The notes beneath the pieces are model-generated. The model saw only the letters and a list, made by a program, of their open reading frames with translations, was not told the origin of the DNA and did no database searches. From an uncultured Candidatus Saccharibacteria bacterium (lineage in GTDB: Bacteria; Patescibacteriota; Dojkabacteria; GCA-016699595; JBAXKR01), in contig CAYSFE010000002.1 of NCBI GenBank assembly GCA_964430225.1, positions 1-63,333 on the forward strand: DNA of 63,333 nucleotides. The letters run 5' to 3'. The position numbers were made by a program, and so were the translations under genes. This document shows, one piece after another, positions 46,442 through 57,328 of the stretch (within the stretch, counting starts at the first letter, position 1; each line of letters starts with the position of its first letter).

Positions 46442-47530
46442 TTATAGTTTTATCAGTTTTTCGATAAAGATATCAAGTTTTCCATCTAGTACTCCTACAG
46501 TATCTGTAGTCTCTACATCTATCCTTAAATCCTTTACGAGTTTATATGGATGAAGTACATAGTTTCTTATCTGGTTCCCCCATCCTGCAATTTTATGTTC
46601 TCCTTTTACCCCTGATAACTCTTCTATTCTTTTTTGTTCTTCCATTAAGAATAGCTTTGCTTTAAGAAGCGCTATAGCTGATTTCTTGTTTGATAGTTGA
46701 CTTCTCTCATTTGAACAACTAATGGTTATCCCTGTAGGCTTATGTGTAAGTCGTATTGATGAACTTACCTTATTTACATTCTGACCTCCTGCTCCACCTG
46801 ATCTAACAGCATATATCTCAAGATCCATTTCAGGTATTACAATATCACTGTCATCCTCTTCTATTAAGGGAGCTACTTCTATACCTGCAAATGAAGTTTG
46901 TCTAAGTCCTTGTGCATTAAATGGTGATACTCTAACTAGTCTATGTGCTCCAAGTTCATGTTTAAGATATCCATAAGCATACTCTCCATATACCTCCATA
47001 CTTACAGTAGTTATTCCAGCCTCATTACCAATAATTCTATCTGTAATTTCTACTTTCCATCCTTTTGATTCAAAATATTTAAGATACATACGTTCAAGTA
47101 TTTGTGCCCAATCACATGCTTCAGTTCCTCCTTGCCCTGCATGTATACTAAATATTGCGTTATTCTTGTCATACTTACCACTAAAATATGTAAGTATTTC
47201 TACTTTGTCTAAATCATTACTTAAATCTTTAATTCCTTCTTCTATTTGTTTCTCCATAGAAGAATCAGACTCTTCTTCATATAGAGATATACTTAGATCT
47301 AGATCTTCTAGTTTAGAATTAAGTTTAGAGATTTGATCTAGTCGAGAATCAATCTCTCCTATTCTTCTCATGATCTTTTGTGCTTCGATATTGTTATTCC
47401 AAAAATCTGAAGCATTAGATTTTGTAGTTAAGACTTCCTTTTCTTTCTTAAGATCATCAATAGCTAGTTTCTTAATAATTCCAGCAACTTTGTTTTTTAA
47501 TTCTTCAATCTGTTGTTTATATTGATTCAT
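46442..47530 (-). CDS. prfB: peptide chain release factor 2 (no programmed frameshift)
   Basis: SPF tripeptide (RVSPFNAQG) and GGQ motif ([12 protein letters not shown]). The 362-aa frame is continuous from the N-terminus. Confidence 0.95.
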   Translation of the reverse strand: MNQYKQQIEELKNKVAGIIKKLAIDDLKKEKEVLTTKSNASDFWNNNIEAQKIMRRIGEIDSRLDQISKLNSKLEDLDLSISLYEEESDSSMEKQIEEGIKDLSNDLDKVEILTYFSGKYDKNNAIFSIHAGQGGTEACDWAQILERMYLKYFESKGWKVEITDRIIGNEAGITTVSMEVYGEYAYGYLKHELGAHRLVRVSPFNAQGLRQTSFAGIEVAPLIEEDDSDIVIPEMDLEIYAVRSGGAGGQNVNKVSSSIRLTHKPTGITISCSNERSQLSNKKSAIALLKAKLFLMEEQKRIEELSGVKGEHKIAGWGNQIRNYVLHPYKLVKDLRIDVETTDTVGVLDGKLDIFIEKLIKL

Positions 47531-47600
47531 GTAATATTGCTTTATTAAAGCTTAAAGCCTACACAACATCTTATCAAACTAGTTCGGATTTAGAAACAGA

Positions 47601-48506
47601 TCATTTGGAAACCTTAGGAAGAAAAGTACGTGAAAAGAATTTTGCATCTGGAATATGTGCCTTCAAAAACTCTATAACTTGTGGAGCAGAGATCAGGGTA
47701 AAAGTTGCTTTATCCAAATCCGGTGATATTGAGCGTTGTGTTCCTACCGCTATCCATTTTTTTAAATCTTCATCAAAAATTGAGAGTGCAGCTCCTGAAT
47801 CACCAAAAAATGGAAAACCTTGCCCAATATTAATTGTTCCAAGAATTCCATCTAACTCAGAAATTTTATATATCGACATTGTTGCACAAGAAAGTGATGA
47901 GGGAAATGAATCTTCAGAAAAATGAAGTCCATATCCACATACTCTTACACTATCTCCAATTTGTATATTTGGTGTGCTGCTATTAATTAATTGAGGTTTT
48001 GAATCTGAAAGTTCAACCTTAACTTCTAGGATTTTAATGCCTAGTCCAGAGTTATAACTATACGAATATACATTTGTAACGTATGATCCAAAACCTGCAG
48101 GTAATATATCACTCCAAACAACACTCTCCACACTTGCAGAACAATGTAACTCAACTATCCAGTGATATTTATCTGCCATCCAGGTAGTACAACCGTTTAC
48201 ATGTCCTATTTCTGGAACAGAAGCTTTTGTAACAGTAATTCCCTCTAATATATTTATTTTTTCTGGAGATGTTTTAAAATCTGAATAGTTAGCCTCAGGA
48301 TCATATATTGTTTCAAGAGATGTATATTTTAATATATCGCTATTATTATTGTTTTCAGATTTTGCACTTTTAGAAGGTTCTTGAGTAGAAATTTTCTGGG
48401 GTAAAGAAAGATTATTAGATAACAATAAAAGAAGAGCTGCTGTAATTCTCTTAAATCTGTACGTAAAACTTCTTTTTTCCTGTATTTTCTGGCAGTTAAA
48501 CTCCAT
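47601..48506 (-). CDS. secreted trypsin-like (S1) fold protein, divergent
   Basis: Signal peptide, ELHCS (His region) and FFGDSGAAL (Ser region). The Asp-region equivalent (LGIKILEV) has no obvious Asp. Confidence 0.45.
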   Translation of the reverse strand: MEFNCQKIQEKRSFTYRFKRITAALLLLLSNNLSLPQKISTQEPSKSAKSENNNNSDILKYTSLETIYDPEANYSDFKTSPEKINILEGITVTKASVPEIGHVNGCTTWMADKYHWIVELHCSASVESVVWSDILPAGFGSYVTNVYSYSYNSGLGIKILEVKVELSDSKPQLINSSTPNIQIGDSVRVCGYGLHFSEDSFPSSLSCATMSIYKISELDGILGTINIGQGFPFFGDSGAALSIFDEDLKKWIAVGTQRSISPDLDKATFTLISAPQVIEFLKAHIPDAKFFSRTFLPKVSK

Positions 48507-48585
48507 GAGATATTACATGGTGCTATGGAACTTAAAAGAAGTTATTTATGCAACAATTCCAATTGTTCAATGACCTCTTACAGAT

Positions 48586-49590
48586 TTAAGATAATAATAT
48601 ATTCTCTATGATCTGAGATAGGATTATTGGGTCATGTCTAATTAAACTTCTTACTAATACATCTCCCTTAGCATTTACAATTTTTTCATTACTTAAGACA
48701 TTTTCACGGATGATCTTACTTCCCTTTAGAGTTTTAAGATCATTAATGACTTCATAGTCATTTTGAAGAATATATCTCTTAAGTATATCTGTTGGGAGTT
48801 TTCCGTTATTAACAATTACATAATTTGGTTGTTTACCAAAGTATTTTGTTATTTCTTTTACATGATCAGATGATGTGTATCCAAAAGTTTGTCCATACTT
48901 TGTAACTAGGTTTACTACATATACAAACTTTGCTTTTGTTTTCTTCATAGCTTCTCTAAATCCTTTGTTTACAGCATTAGCACATAGACTTGTATATACA
49001 TCTCCAGGGCCTGTAACAATTAAGTCTGCATTTAGTATGGTTTCTCTTACTTCTTTTGAGATAGTACTAGTTGGTTTTGTGTAAAGATTTACTATCCTAA
49101 GTCTTCCATCATGGGGGTATGGAGGTTCATCTATATTATGTTCTCCTTCTAATGTTGCTCCATTTTCATATTCTGCTATTAGGGTGGTCTTAGTACTTGT
49201 TACCGGAAGTACCCTTCCTCGAATATTTAGTATCTCTCCAGCTGCTTTTATGGCTTTAATAGAGTCATTTTCAAATATTTCTGTTAAGGCTGTAAGAAAG
49301 AGATTACCAAAGTTATGTCCTTTAAGACCATTTTCTCCTTTATCAAATCTATAGTTGAAAAGCTTACGCATAGTAAGGGAATCTTCCTCGTCATCCATTA
49401 AGGCAATTAAACACTGCCTAATATCTCCTGGGGGTAAATGACCAAACTCATCCATTAGTCTTCCACTTGATCCTCCACTGTCTGTAGAGGGTACTATAGC
49501 TGTTAAATTCACCCCTTTTATATGTTTCAAACCCTTTAATAACGTGAAACTTCCTGTTCCTCCACCCACTGTAACTATATTTTTTGTCAT
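48586..49590 (-). CDS. YvcK/CofD-family protein (UPF0052, gluconeogenesis-factor-like)
   Basis: VTVGGGTGSFTLLKGLK, VPSTDSGGSSGRL and LPPGDIRQCL motifs. The start is trimmed to Met10. Confidence 0.8.
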   Translation of the reverse strand: MTKNIVTVGGGTGSFTLLKGLKHIKGVNLTAIVPSTDSGGSSGRLMDEFGHLPPGDIRQCLIALMDDEEDSLTMRKLFNYRFDKGENGLKGHNFGNLFLTALTEIFENDSIKAIKAAGEILNIRGRVLPVTSTKTTLIAEYENGATLEGEHNIDEPPYPHDGRLRIVNLYTKPTSTISKEVRETILNADLIVTGPGDVYTSLCANAVNKGFREAMKKTKAKFVYVVNLVTKYGQTFGYTSSDHVKEITKYFGKQPNYVIVNNGKLPTDILKRYILQNDYEVINDLKTLKGSKIIRENVLSNEKIVNAKGDVLVRSLIRHDPIILSQIIENILLS

Positions 49591-49644
49591 TTGAGTAGGT
49601 AATTTGATAAAATACATCTGTATTATATGTTAAATCAATAATCA

Positions 49645-49914
49645 GTGGCAAATACAAGTTCAGCAAAGAAAGCAATTAGAGTAAGTGGAAGAAAAGCAAT
49701 GCATAACGCTCTTAGAAAGAATAAGATTGCAAATTCATTAGCTGCTGTTAAGAAAATGATAGCAAGTTCAGCATCTAGAGAAGATAAAGCTGCTGCAATG
49801 TCAAAGCTTCAAAAAGCTCTTGATAAGGCAGTTAAAGCTAAAACTTACGATAAAAATAAGGCTGCTAGAGTAAAATCTAGAATGTCTGCTAGCTTAAAGA
49901 AAGCAGCAAAATAA
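49645..49914 (+). CDS. rpsT: 30S ribosomal protein S20 (GTG start)
   Basis: MANTSSAKKAIRVSGRKAMHNALRKNKI...KNKAARVKSRM. The size and basic helical pattern are typical of bS20. Confidence 0.9.
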   Translation: MANTSSAKKAIRVSGRKAMHNALRKNKIANSLAAVKKMIASSASREDKAAAMSKLQKALDKAVKAKTYDKNKAARVKSRMSASLKKAAK

Positions 49915-49930
49915 ATAAATAAGACTGCCC

Positions 49931-50479
49931 ATGTCTAAAACATTAATAAAGCTTGTCGACGCATCTATATATCCAGCATCACTTTTAGTCGTTTCTAAAA
50001 CTATCGGCATACTCTTTTTTAATAACTTCCTTGGATTAAATTGGGGAATTGAACATACTTTAAAGCAATTCAATATATTTAGTGTAGAACTTCTTTATCT
50101 TGATAAAGCTTCAATGCTTTTATCAACTAGCTATTCAAACTTATTCATGATGGTACTTATGATCTTAGGCTTTATTCTTAAGATCGTTCAAATAAGGTAT
50201 TTACATGAATCTAGAGTTAGTCCTAAAACACTATATAGACTTAATGAATTTAATCTCTTAAGACTTATTAAATCCTCATTTGATATATATATTGAAGGAG
50301 TTATATGGCTAATCTTTTGTATTGTAGCTTGGCTAATTATCCTAACTTCTTCCCTACTAGGTATTAGCTATCTTGAAATTACATATGTTTCATTGATAGT
50401 AATCCTAATTTGTACTACATTCTTTTTAAGAGAAATATCTCTTTTGATAGAACAGTCAAAGAAAAACTTGAGTTTATGA
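49931..50479 (+). CDS. hypothetical membrane protein
   Basis: 182 aa with about 4 TM helices. No motif recognised. Confidence 0.45.
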   Translation: MSKTLIKLVDASIYPASLLVVSKTIGILFFNNFLGLNWGIEHTLKQFNIFSVELLYLDKASMLLSTSYSNLFMMVLMILGFILKIVQIRYLHESRVSPKTLYRLNEFNLLRLIKSSFDIYIEGVIWLIFCIVAWLIILTSSLLGISYLEITYVSLIVILICTTFFLREISLLIEQSKKNLSL

Positions 50480-50483
50480 CTTT

Positions 50484-50996
50484 ATGAATGATTCTTTTGA
50501 TATAAAACCTTTAGAAGTAAAGAACTATTTGCTTGCTTTATTAATAGGGCTCCCATTAATCTTTATTTTTACACTTCCTGAAATACTTACTAAAACTTAT
50601 TATAAATTAGGTGAGAAATACATGTGGATAATTTTGCCATTTATTAGTATATTTCTATTACTATTTGTAATATTCATGTTTGGTAGTCTTGTCTCTTCAA
50701 GATTAAGAAGGTATATAATTGAGAAAGATAGTATTATTATTTCTTCTTTCCTTTCTAATAAAATAGTTATTCCTTTTACAGACATTAAAAACGTATCATT
50801 TATTACTAGTAAAGATTCAATAGATCCTAGCATAATAGCATTCTACGCGAAGGATAATTCAAAGTTATTTTCATTATCTAAAGATGATTATCAACATGAA
50901 TATATAGTAAAACTTTTAGAGCTATTGAAAGAACAAAATGTTGAAATGAGTGAACAAATTGAAAAATTCATAAGAAGGAGCCTTTTAGGACTTTAA
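50484..50996 (+). CDS. hypothetical membrane protein with a soluble C-terminal domain
   Basis: 170 aa with 2 TM helices followed by a small beta-rich (PH-like) region. Confidence 0.45.
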   Translation: MNDSFDIKPLEVKNYLLALLIGLPLIFIFTLPEILTKTYYKLGEKYMWIILPFISIFLLLFVIFMFGSLVSSRLRRYIIEKDSIIISSFLSNKIVIPFTDIKNVSFITSKDSIDPSIIAFYAKDNSKLFSLSKDDYQHEYIVKLLELLKEQNVEMSEQIEKFIRRSLLGL

Positions 50997-51042
50997 GCGT
51001 AAAAACTTGAGTTTATAGCCACATATTTGGTATATATTAGAC

Positions 51043-52119
51043 ATGGAAAAACTTCAATTTGAAATTTCAGTCAAAACTATTGTTAAAATACTACTTGTAA
51101 TAGTAGGATTCTTAGCTTTCTTACAGATATATCAGATAGTTATTATCTTCTTTATTGCCTTTATTCTATCATCAGCTTTGTCTCCACTACTTGATAGGAT
51201 GACTAAAAAGAAGTTATCTAAGGGCTTATCTATTGCTTTAATATATTTGGGACTACTTCTTCTCTTATCACTTTTCATATTTGGATTCTCTGTTCCAGTA
51301 GTTGACCAAGTTCAAAAACTTATACAAAACATTCCAAATATCTTTACTTCTTTACTTAATTTAATAGGCTCGGTATTCCCAACTATTAAAGAAGCTCAAA
51401 GTTTTAGTGAGTTAGTCAAATTTGTTCAAACAAATGTTACATACGATCAGTTACTTAAGATATTTGGAACTGTAAATACTACTGGGGTAGGAAGTTTAAT
51501 AACAGGGATAGGGAGTGTATTCTCAGCAGTATTTGGAGCCCTATTTAATATCCTTATGGTTCTTACCTTAACAGGTTTTCTTTTGGCAGAACGTGGAAGT
51601 GATTCAAATGAAAAGAAAATTATTAAATCACTACTTGGTAAAAGTGCTTTACGATATACAGCTGTATTTGAAAAGGTACAAGCAAAACTAGGTTCATGGT
51701 TACTTTCTCAAATGGTACTTTGTTTACTTAGTGGAACTGTAACATGGTTAATATTTACAATATTAGGATTTGAATTTGCATTACCTGTAGCAATGATTGC
51801 AGCCTTCTTAGTTGCAATACCAGCAATAGGGCCTGCAATACTTATGCCAATAGCAGCTTTAATAGCTCTTGGATCAGGAGCATCTCCGATATTAGTAGTT
51901 GTATATATTATTGTTTATGCAATATATCAACAGATAGAGAATATTTTTATTCAACCAAGGATAATGCAAAGGGCTGTTGGGATAAACCCAATAATCACAT
52001 TAATGGGAGTATTAGTAGGAACTCAATTAGCAGGAGTAGCAGGAGCATTGATTACAATACCAGCTGTGGTAGTAATCCAAATACTTCTAACTGACTATAT
52101 GGAACATAAGGAGAGTTAG
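51043..52119 (+). CDS. AI-2E/PerM-family (UPF0118) transporter
   Basis: 358 aa with about 8 TM helices and the characteristic late segment AIPAIGPAILMPIAAL. Confidence 0.6.
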   Translation: MEKLQFEISVKTIVKILLVIVGFLAFLQIYQIVIIFFIAFILSSALSPLLDRMTKKKLSKGLSIALIYLGLLLLLSLFIFGFSVPVVDQVQKLIQNIPNIFTSLLNLIGSVFPTIKEAQSFSELVKFVQTNVTYDQLLKIFGTVNTTGVGSLITGIGSVFSAVFGALFNILMVLTLTGFLLAERGSDSNEKKIIKSLLGKSALRYTAVFEKVQAKLGSWLLSQMVLCLLSGTVTWLIFTILGFEFALPVAMIAAFLVAIPAIGPAILMPIAALIALGSGASPILVVVYIIVYAIYQQIENIFIQPRIMQRAVGINPIITLMGVLVGTQLAGVAGALITIPAVVVIQILLTDYMEHKES

Positions 52120-52146
52120 TAATATTAATTATTATATTTTTATGTA

Positions 52147-52542
52147 ATGAAGACTCCTAGATGGTTTATTTGGCTTACTTTAGGATATGCAGTATATAAT
52201 TTGTTTACGATATCTTTACATCTTGCATTTCCAGCTTTAAATGATTATACGAATAATTCAGTCTTAACGTTAGCTATGATAATGGCATGTGTAATGCTAA
52301 GTGTTTCACTATTTTATTTGATTATGTTTATATATTTCATAATTAAAAAGGCTGAGAAACATAGCTTGTGGCTATCTGGTTTACAATTGTTTGATGTCTT
52401 TTTTACAACAGTAGGAGCACTTATACTTCAAATCTTACTTACAAATAATTCACAATTGTCTTTAACTACATCGAACTTATTGGGTGCACTTATTCCTGCT
52501 GTAATGTTGATATATTGTGGTGTTTTATTGGTGAGGAAATAG
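52147..52542 (+). CDS. hypothetical membrane protein
   Basis: 131 aa with 4 TM helices. Confidence 0.45.
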   Translation: MKTPRWFIWLTLGYAVYNLFTISLHLAFPALNDYTNNSVLTLAMIMACVMLSVSLFYLIMFIYFIIKKAEKHSLWLSGLQLFDVFFTTVGALILQILLTNNSQLSLTTSNLLGALIPAVMLIYCGVLLVRK

Positions 52543-52547
52543 TTATA

Positions 52548-54995
52548 TTATGCCTGTTTGGATTTCAATTTAGATATCTCTTCTTCAAGAAGTTGTATGT
52601 ATAGAGAATATCCTATCTCATTCATCTTACCTGATTGTTCTGATCCTAATACATTACCAGCTCCTCTGATTTGAAGATCTCTTGTTGCTAGTTTAAAGCC
52701 TGATCCTAATTCTTTTGACTCCATTATTGCTTTTAATCTTTCAATATATTTCTTTTCACTGTCATTGTTTGTTAATTCATCTCCCTCATAGAAGATATGA
52801 CAATATGCTTGCTTATCTGATCTACCTACTCTTCCTCGTATTTGATAAAGTTGAGATAATCCTAGGTTTTGAGCTTTGTCTATTATTACAGTATTAACAT
52901 TAGGCATATCTATTCCATTTTCAATAATCGTAGTACATAGAAGTACATCATATTTCTTTTGATAGAAATCTAGGATTATCTTTTCTAATGTTCCTGAGTG
53001 ATTTATCTGATCATAGAAATCTTTTGATTTCATTCTTCCATGAGCTATAGCTACTCTTAGATTAGGGATTAGATCTTTTAGTTTCTTAGCTACACCATAT
53101 AGAGAGGAAATATTGTTATGTACGAAATATATCTGTCCTTTTCTTTTAAGTTCCATTTGTATTGCACTTTTAATTTCATTCATATCTAGTTTGTGAACAA
53201 ATGTTTCTACTGCTTTTCTACCAGGGGGAGGTGTTGTTATGATACTTAAGTCTTGTAGTTTAGATAATGCTAATGATAGAGTTCTAGGTATTGGGGTAGC
53301 ACTTAACGTCAGTATATGAGTTCCATATCTTAGTGCTTTAATCTTTTCTTTTTGTTTAACTCCAAATCTTTGTTCTTCATCAACTATTAAAAGAGCAAGT
53401 TTAGGAATTTTTACATCTTTAGATAGTAGCCTATGTGTTCCTATTATTAAATCTATCTCTTTCTTCTCTAGCTTATCTAGTATCTCTGTATTTTCTTTAC
53501 TTGTATTAAAGGAAGAAACCATTGCAACTTTTATGCCAAACTTTTCAAATCTTTCCTTGAATAGATTAAAATGTTGATATACTAAAATTGTAGTTGGAGC
53601 TAAAAGTGCTACTTGTGATCCATCTTCTATGACTCTAAAAGCTGCTCTTAAAGCAACCTCGGTCTTACCAAAGCCCACATCTCCTATTAAGAGTCTATTC
53701 ATTGGTTTAGTAGATGCTAAATCCCTATTTATCTCCTTTACTGCAATTTCTTGATCTAAAGTTAGTTCATATGGGAAATCATTACACATCTCTTCATACA
53801 TTGGTGTTTTACTTGTAAAACTTTTAGCTTCGGAGCTTTGTTGTAAAGCAAAGTGTAGTAGTAGTTCACGAGCTATATTCTCTACTGATTTCTTAACACG
53901 TGATTTTATATGCTCCCATTCAGTCTTACCAAGTCTAGTTATATGTGGAGATATTCCTCCTTCTCCTAAATACTTTGTAAGTTTATTGATCTGAGTAAGA
54001 GGAACGTATAGCTTATCGCTAGCAGCATATTCAAGAAGAAAATATTCCTCGTTATTCTTCTTTACAATATCCCTATATATCCCTATTCCATAGTCTTCAT
54101 GAACGATATAGTCGCCGATTTTAATATTCTGATCAAAGAAGTTATCTCCCTTCTTGGTACTCACCTTCTTAATGTTTCCAAAGACTTCTTTCTCAGATAG
54201 GAAAAGTATTTTTGAAGTGTTATCTATGAATCCTGAGCTTACATCTATGTCTATGTGTTTTACTTTTACTGAACCAAATATTTCTTCTTTATCAATATTT
54301 GTATATACCTCATATCCCTTTCCTAGATATGTCTCAATATCTTTTCTAAGTAGTTCTAAGTGTGAGAGATATATTGGTGGGAATGCATAGTCAAAGTGGA
54401 ATACTTTATCTTCTTTAGTTAATTTCTCTTTGTCATTAGAGAATATTAAGAGGACATTTTTAAAATCATTTGAGTTAGATTCAAATAGTTCTTTATCAAT
54501 ATTATCGAGTAAAAAGCTGTTGTTAAAAAGATAAAAAGATTTGATTTTAGAAAACTCTGTAGGATCTACCCTATCAGTAAGTCTAATTTCTTCTACTTCT
54601 TTATCAAAGAAACTTACTTTAATATTTCTGTCATATGCATATGGATATATGGTTATGGTATCTCCTCTAACCATATATTCTCCAATATCTGAGATATACT
54701 CTGATCTTTTGTAATGCAACCTTTCAAGAAGATCTAGCAGCTCTTTATATTTAATATCCTTATCTACTTTAGTTATAGACTTTATGAGGAGTTTGTATGA
54801 TTGATTGTTATTCCTTGTAAAAAGTATTGGAAAATTAAGATGTGTGACTATTGAGTCTATGAGGTGACTCGGAACACCAGAAACATGAATTACTTCAGGG
54901 CGTACAAAAATACCTTCATGAAGATATTTTCGAAGGTTTAAGAAGACTTCATTTTTATTCCAAAACTCTAAATTCACCTCAAATGATTTTAACAA
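52548..54995 (-). CDS. mfd: transcription-repair coupling factor, compact form (TTG start)
   Basis: CarD-like RNAP-interaction domain (GDYIVHEDYGIGIY...LYVPLTQINKLTKY), SF2 motifs (GDVGFGKTEVA, DEEQRFG, QLYQIRGRVGRS) and a TRG motif. It is only 815 aa. Confidence 0.85.
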   Translation of the reverse strand: MLKSFEVNLEFWNKNEVFLNLRKYLHEGIFVRPEVIHVSGVPSHLIDSIVTHLNFPILFTRNNNQSYKLLIKSITKVDKDIKYKELLDLLERLHYKRSEYISDIGEYMVRGDTITIYPYAYDRNIKVSFFDKEVEEIRLTDRVDPTEFSKIKSFYLFNNSFLLDNIDKELFESNSNDFKNVLLIFSNDKEKLTKEDKVFHFDYAFPPIYLSHLELLRKDIETYLGKGYEVYTNIDKEEIFGSVKVKHIDIDVSSGFIDNTSKILFLSEKEVFGNIKKVSTKKGDNFFDQNIKIGDYIVHEDYGIGIYRDIVKKNNEEYFLLEYAASDKLYVPLTQINKLTKYLGEGGISPHITRLGKTEWEHIKSRVKKSVENIARELLLHFALQQSSEAKSFTSKTPMYEEMCNDFPYELTLDQEIAVKEINRDLASTKPMNRLLIGDVGFGKTEVALRAAFRVIEDGSQVALLAPTTILVYQHFNLFKERFEKFGIKVAMVSSFNTSKENTEILDKLEKKEIDLIIGTHRLLSKDVKIPKLALLIVDEEQRFGVKQKEKIKALRYGTHILTLSATPIPRTLSLALSKLQDLSIITTPPPGRKAVETFVHKLDMNEIKSAIQMELKRKGQIYFVHNNISSLYGVAKKLKDLIPNLRVAIAHGRMKSKDFYDQINHSGTLEKIILDFYQKKYDVLLCTTIIENGIDMPNVNTVIIDKAQNLGLSQLYQIRGRVGRSDKQAYCHIFYEGDELTNNDSEKKYIERLKAIMESKELGSGFKLATRDLQIRGAGNVLGSEQSGKMNEIGYSLYIQLLEEEISKLKSKQA

Positions 54996-55019
54996 AAAAG
55001 ATACATATTTTGCTAATAT

Positions 55020-57308
55020 ATGTATGTGCAGTTACTTAAAAATTCTTTAAAAAGACTTTCTTTGTTTTTGTCCATATTCTTGGCTACTCTTTTCCTTTTA
55101 TCTAACATTCAATTTCAGTCATATGTAAGTGCAAGTTCTGATATTAAAGGGGTAAAGGATAAGCTTGAGTATAGTGTAAGTAAAGATAAGTTCATTAAAG
55201 GAGATGGAAAAATCACAGATATTGAAAAGAACACTAAGAGATACTTAGAAACAGCTCCAGATGATACATACTATGCAAATACTTCTCTTAATAATTCTGT
55301 AAATGGACAAATGGATAGTTGGAACTTAAGAGGGATAGGATTAAACCCAACAGATGAAGGTCCTGACTCTGCATGGAAAACAAATACAGGGAGTAGTAAT
55401 ACCGTTGTCGCAGTTATTGATACAGGGATATATCTTACTCATGCAGATCTATCACCAAGCCTTTGGACTAATTCTGGTGAGACCCCAGGGAATGCAATTG
55501 ATGATGATAACAATGGGGCAATTGATGATGTAAATGGATTTAATTTTGCCGATAGTTTAGATGGGAATTCTGATGGAGACTTTAAAGATCCTGGTGATAT
55601 TAATGATGCAAATGTTTTGGATATTAACGGTCATGGTACACATGTTTCAGGAATCATAGCAGCTAAAGGTAATAACGTGGAAGGAATTGCTGGTGTATGT
55701 TTCAATTGTAAGATTATGACTCTTAAAGTAGTTAATGCTCAAGGTTTTGCATATGATAGCGATATTGCTCTAGCAATCTACTATGCTACAGATATGGGAG
55801 CTGATGTAATTAATATGAGTTTAGGAGGTGGTGGATATTCAGAGTCTATTAATGATGCAACTACATATGCGTTTAATAACGGGACATTGGTTGTTTCTGC
55901 TGCTGGTAATAACGGAGGAGATGCATCAGACTCATATCCAGGTGCTGCTAAATATACTGTATCAGTTGGAGCTTTAGACTATACAAATACTAGACCTTCA
56001 TTTTCAAAAAATGGTAATAGGCTAGATATTTCAGCTCCAGGGGTAAGTATTTTATCTACAAAATTAAATACACAATCTACTAATTGTATTAACGGTGTAA
56101 GCTACTATTGTCTATCAGGGACTTCTATGGCTTCTCCTCATATAGCTGGTATAGCGGGATTGATAAAGGATAACAATCCAAGTTTTACACCTAAGGATAT
56201 ACGTGCTGCTCTTTTAAATAGTACTACTGATTTAGGGTCAGCTGGTTTTGATACAGAGTTTGGATATGGAAAAGTAAATGGAATCACTGCTCTATCTCAA
56301 GCTGCTTTAGGAAATGATGTAACTCCTCCAACTGTATCTCTAACAGCTTTAGGTAGTCCCGATGTAAAGGGAACAGTTAACTTTTCTGGAAGTGTAAATG
56401 ATACAAATATATATATGTATACACTTAGAGTTATTCAAAGTGGATCATATGTAGTAAAAGAAAGATCTGGAAGAGGAAATGTTTCAAGTGCAACTTTAGT
56501 AAGTATTGATACGACTGATATCTCAGACGGAAACTATACTGTGAATGTAGTAGCAGAAGATATGAGTGGTAATCTTACAACTTCAAATACATTAAGTATT
56601 AGTATTGATAATACTCCACCTGAAAGTTTCAACATGATATCTAGTCCATATATTACGGATACAACTCCTCTATTATCTTGGCAAGCTGCTACTGATGTAA
56701 ACTCACCGGTGAAATATGACGTTGTAATTGATAGTGTTACAGTTTCTAGTGATCAATTGGGAACAAGTTATCAAGTTTTAACTCCATTTGTAGATGGTGT
56801 AAGTCATACACTTTCAATAGTTGCTAAAGATCCTTTAGTAAACACGAGAACTGTTAATTCATCAATTGGAGTAGATTTAACACCACCAAGTGTTGGATCT
56901 CCAACAAACACTATTAATAGTAATCAGGTAACTATTACATACTCATACTCTGATTCATTCTCAGGTATATCTAGTCACCAGATGTCTCTTAATGGAGGTG
57001 CTTATCAATCCTTTACCTATCCATATTCTGTAACTTTAACAGATAGTCCATATACATATTCTATTAAGGTAATTGATCAAGCAGGAAACTTTACTACAAT
57101 TACCGGATCTTTCACTATAGACTCAAGAAAATCTTACTTAACAACAAAAGCCGATTTTAATACAGATTCAAAAGTAGATCTTTCAGATCTTTCTATTCTT
57201 GCTACAAATTGGAATTTAGATAATAATAATGCTGATGCAAATGGTGATGGAAAAACAGATCTTTCTGATCTATCAATACTTGCAACTAATTGGAACCAAA
57301 GTTATTAA
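55020..57308 (+). CDS. secreted subtilisin-like serine protease (S8) with Ig-like modules and a C-terminal dockerin
   Basis: Signal peptide and catalytic triad motifs VAVIDTGI, HGTHVSGIIAA and SGTSMASPHIAG. Several beta modules follow, then the dockerin repeats. Confidence 0.9.
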   Translation: MYVQLLKNSLKRLSLFLSIFLATLFLLSNIQFQSYVSASSDIKGVKDKLEYSVSKDKFIKGDGKITDIEKNTKRYLETAPDDTYYANTSLNNSVNGQMDSWNLRGIGLNPTDEGPDSAWKTNTGSSNTVVAVIDTGIYLTHADLSPSLWTNSGETPGNAIDDDNNGAIDDVNGFNFADSLDGNSDGDFKDPGDINDANVLDINGHGTHVSGIIAAKGNNVEGIAGVCFNCKIMTLKVVNAQGFAYDSDIALAIYYATDMGADVINMSLGGGGYSESINDATTYAFNNGTLVVSAAGNNGGDASDSYPGAAKYTVSVGALDYTNTRPSFSKNGNRLDISAPGVSILSTKLNTQSTNCINGVSYYCLSGTSMASPHIAGIAGLIKDNNPSFTPKDIRAALLNSTTDLGSAGFDTEFGYGKVNGITALSQAALGNDVTPPTVSLTALGSPDVKGTVNFSGSVNDTNIYMYTLRVIQSGSYVVKERSGRGNVSSATLVSIDTTDISDGNYTVNVVAEDMSGNLTTSNTLSISIDNTPPESFNMISSPYITDTTPLLSWQAATDVNSPVKYDVVIDSVTVSSDQLGTSYQVLTPFVDGVSHTLSIVAKDPLVNTRTVNSSIGVDLTPPSVGSPTNTINSNQVTITYSYSDSFSGISSHQMSLNGGAYQSFTYPYSVTLTDSPYTYSIKVIDQAGNFTTITGSFTIDSRKSYLTTKADFNTDSKVDLSDLSILATNWNLDNNNADANGDGKTDLSDLSILATNWNQSY
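57153..57305 (+). other. dockerin-like module (two Ca-binding loop-helix repeats)
   Basis: Tandem repeats DFNTDSKVDLSDLSILATNWN and DANGDGKTDLSDLSILATNWN. Confidence 0.65.
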
Positions 57309-57328
57309 TATTTTTTAAATTTATTATT

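Noticed and set aside
46442-47530. Programmed +1 frameshift in prfB
   Set aside because: The RF2 frame is continuous from Met1 through the region where the CUU UGA C site normally lies. No in-frame TGA is present.
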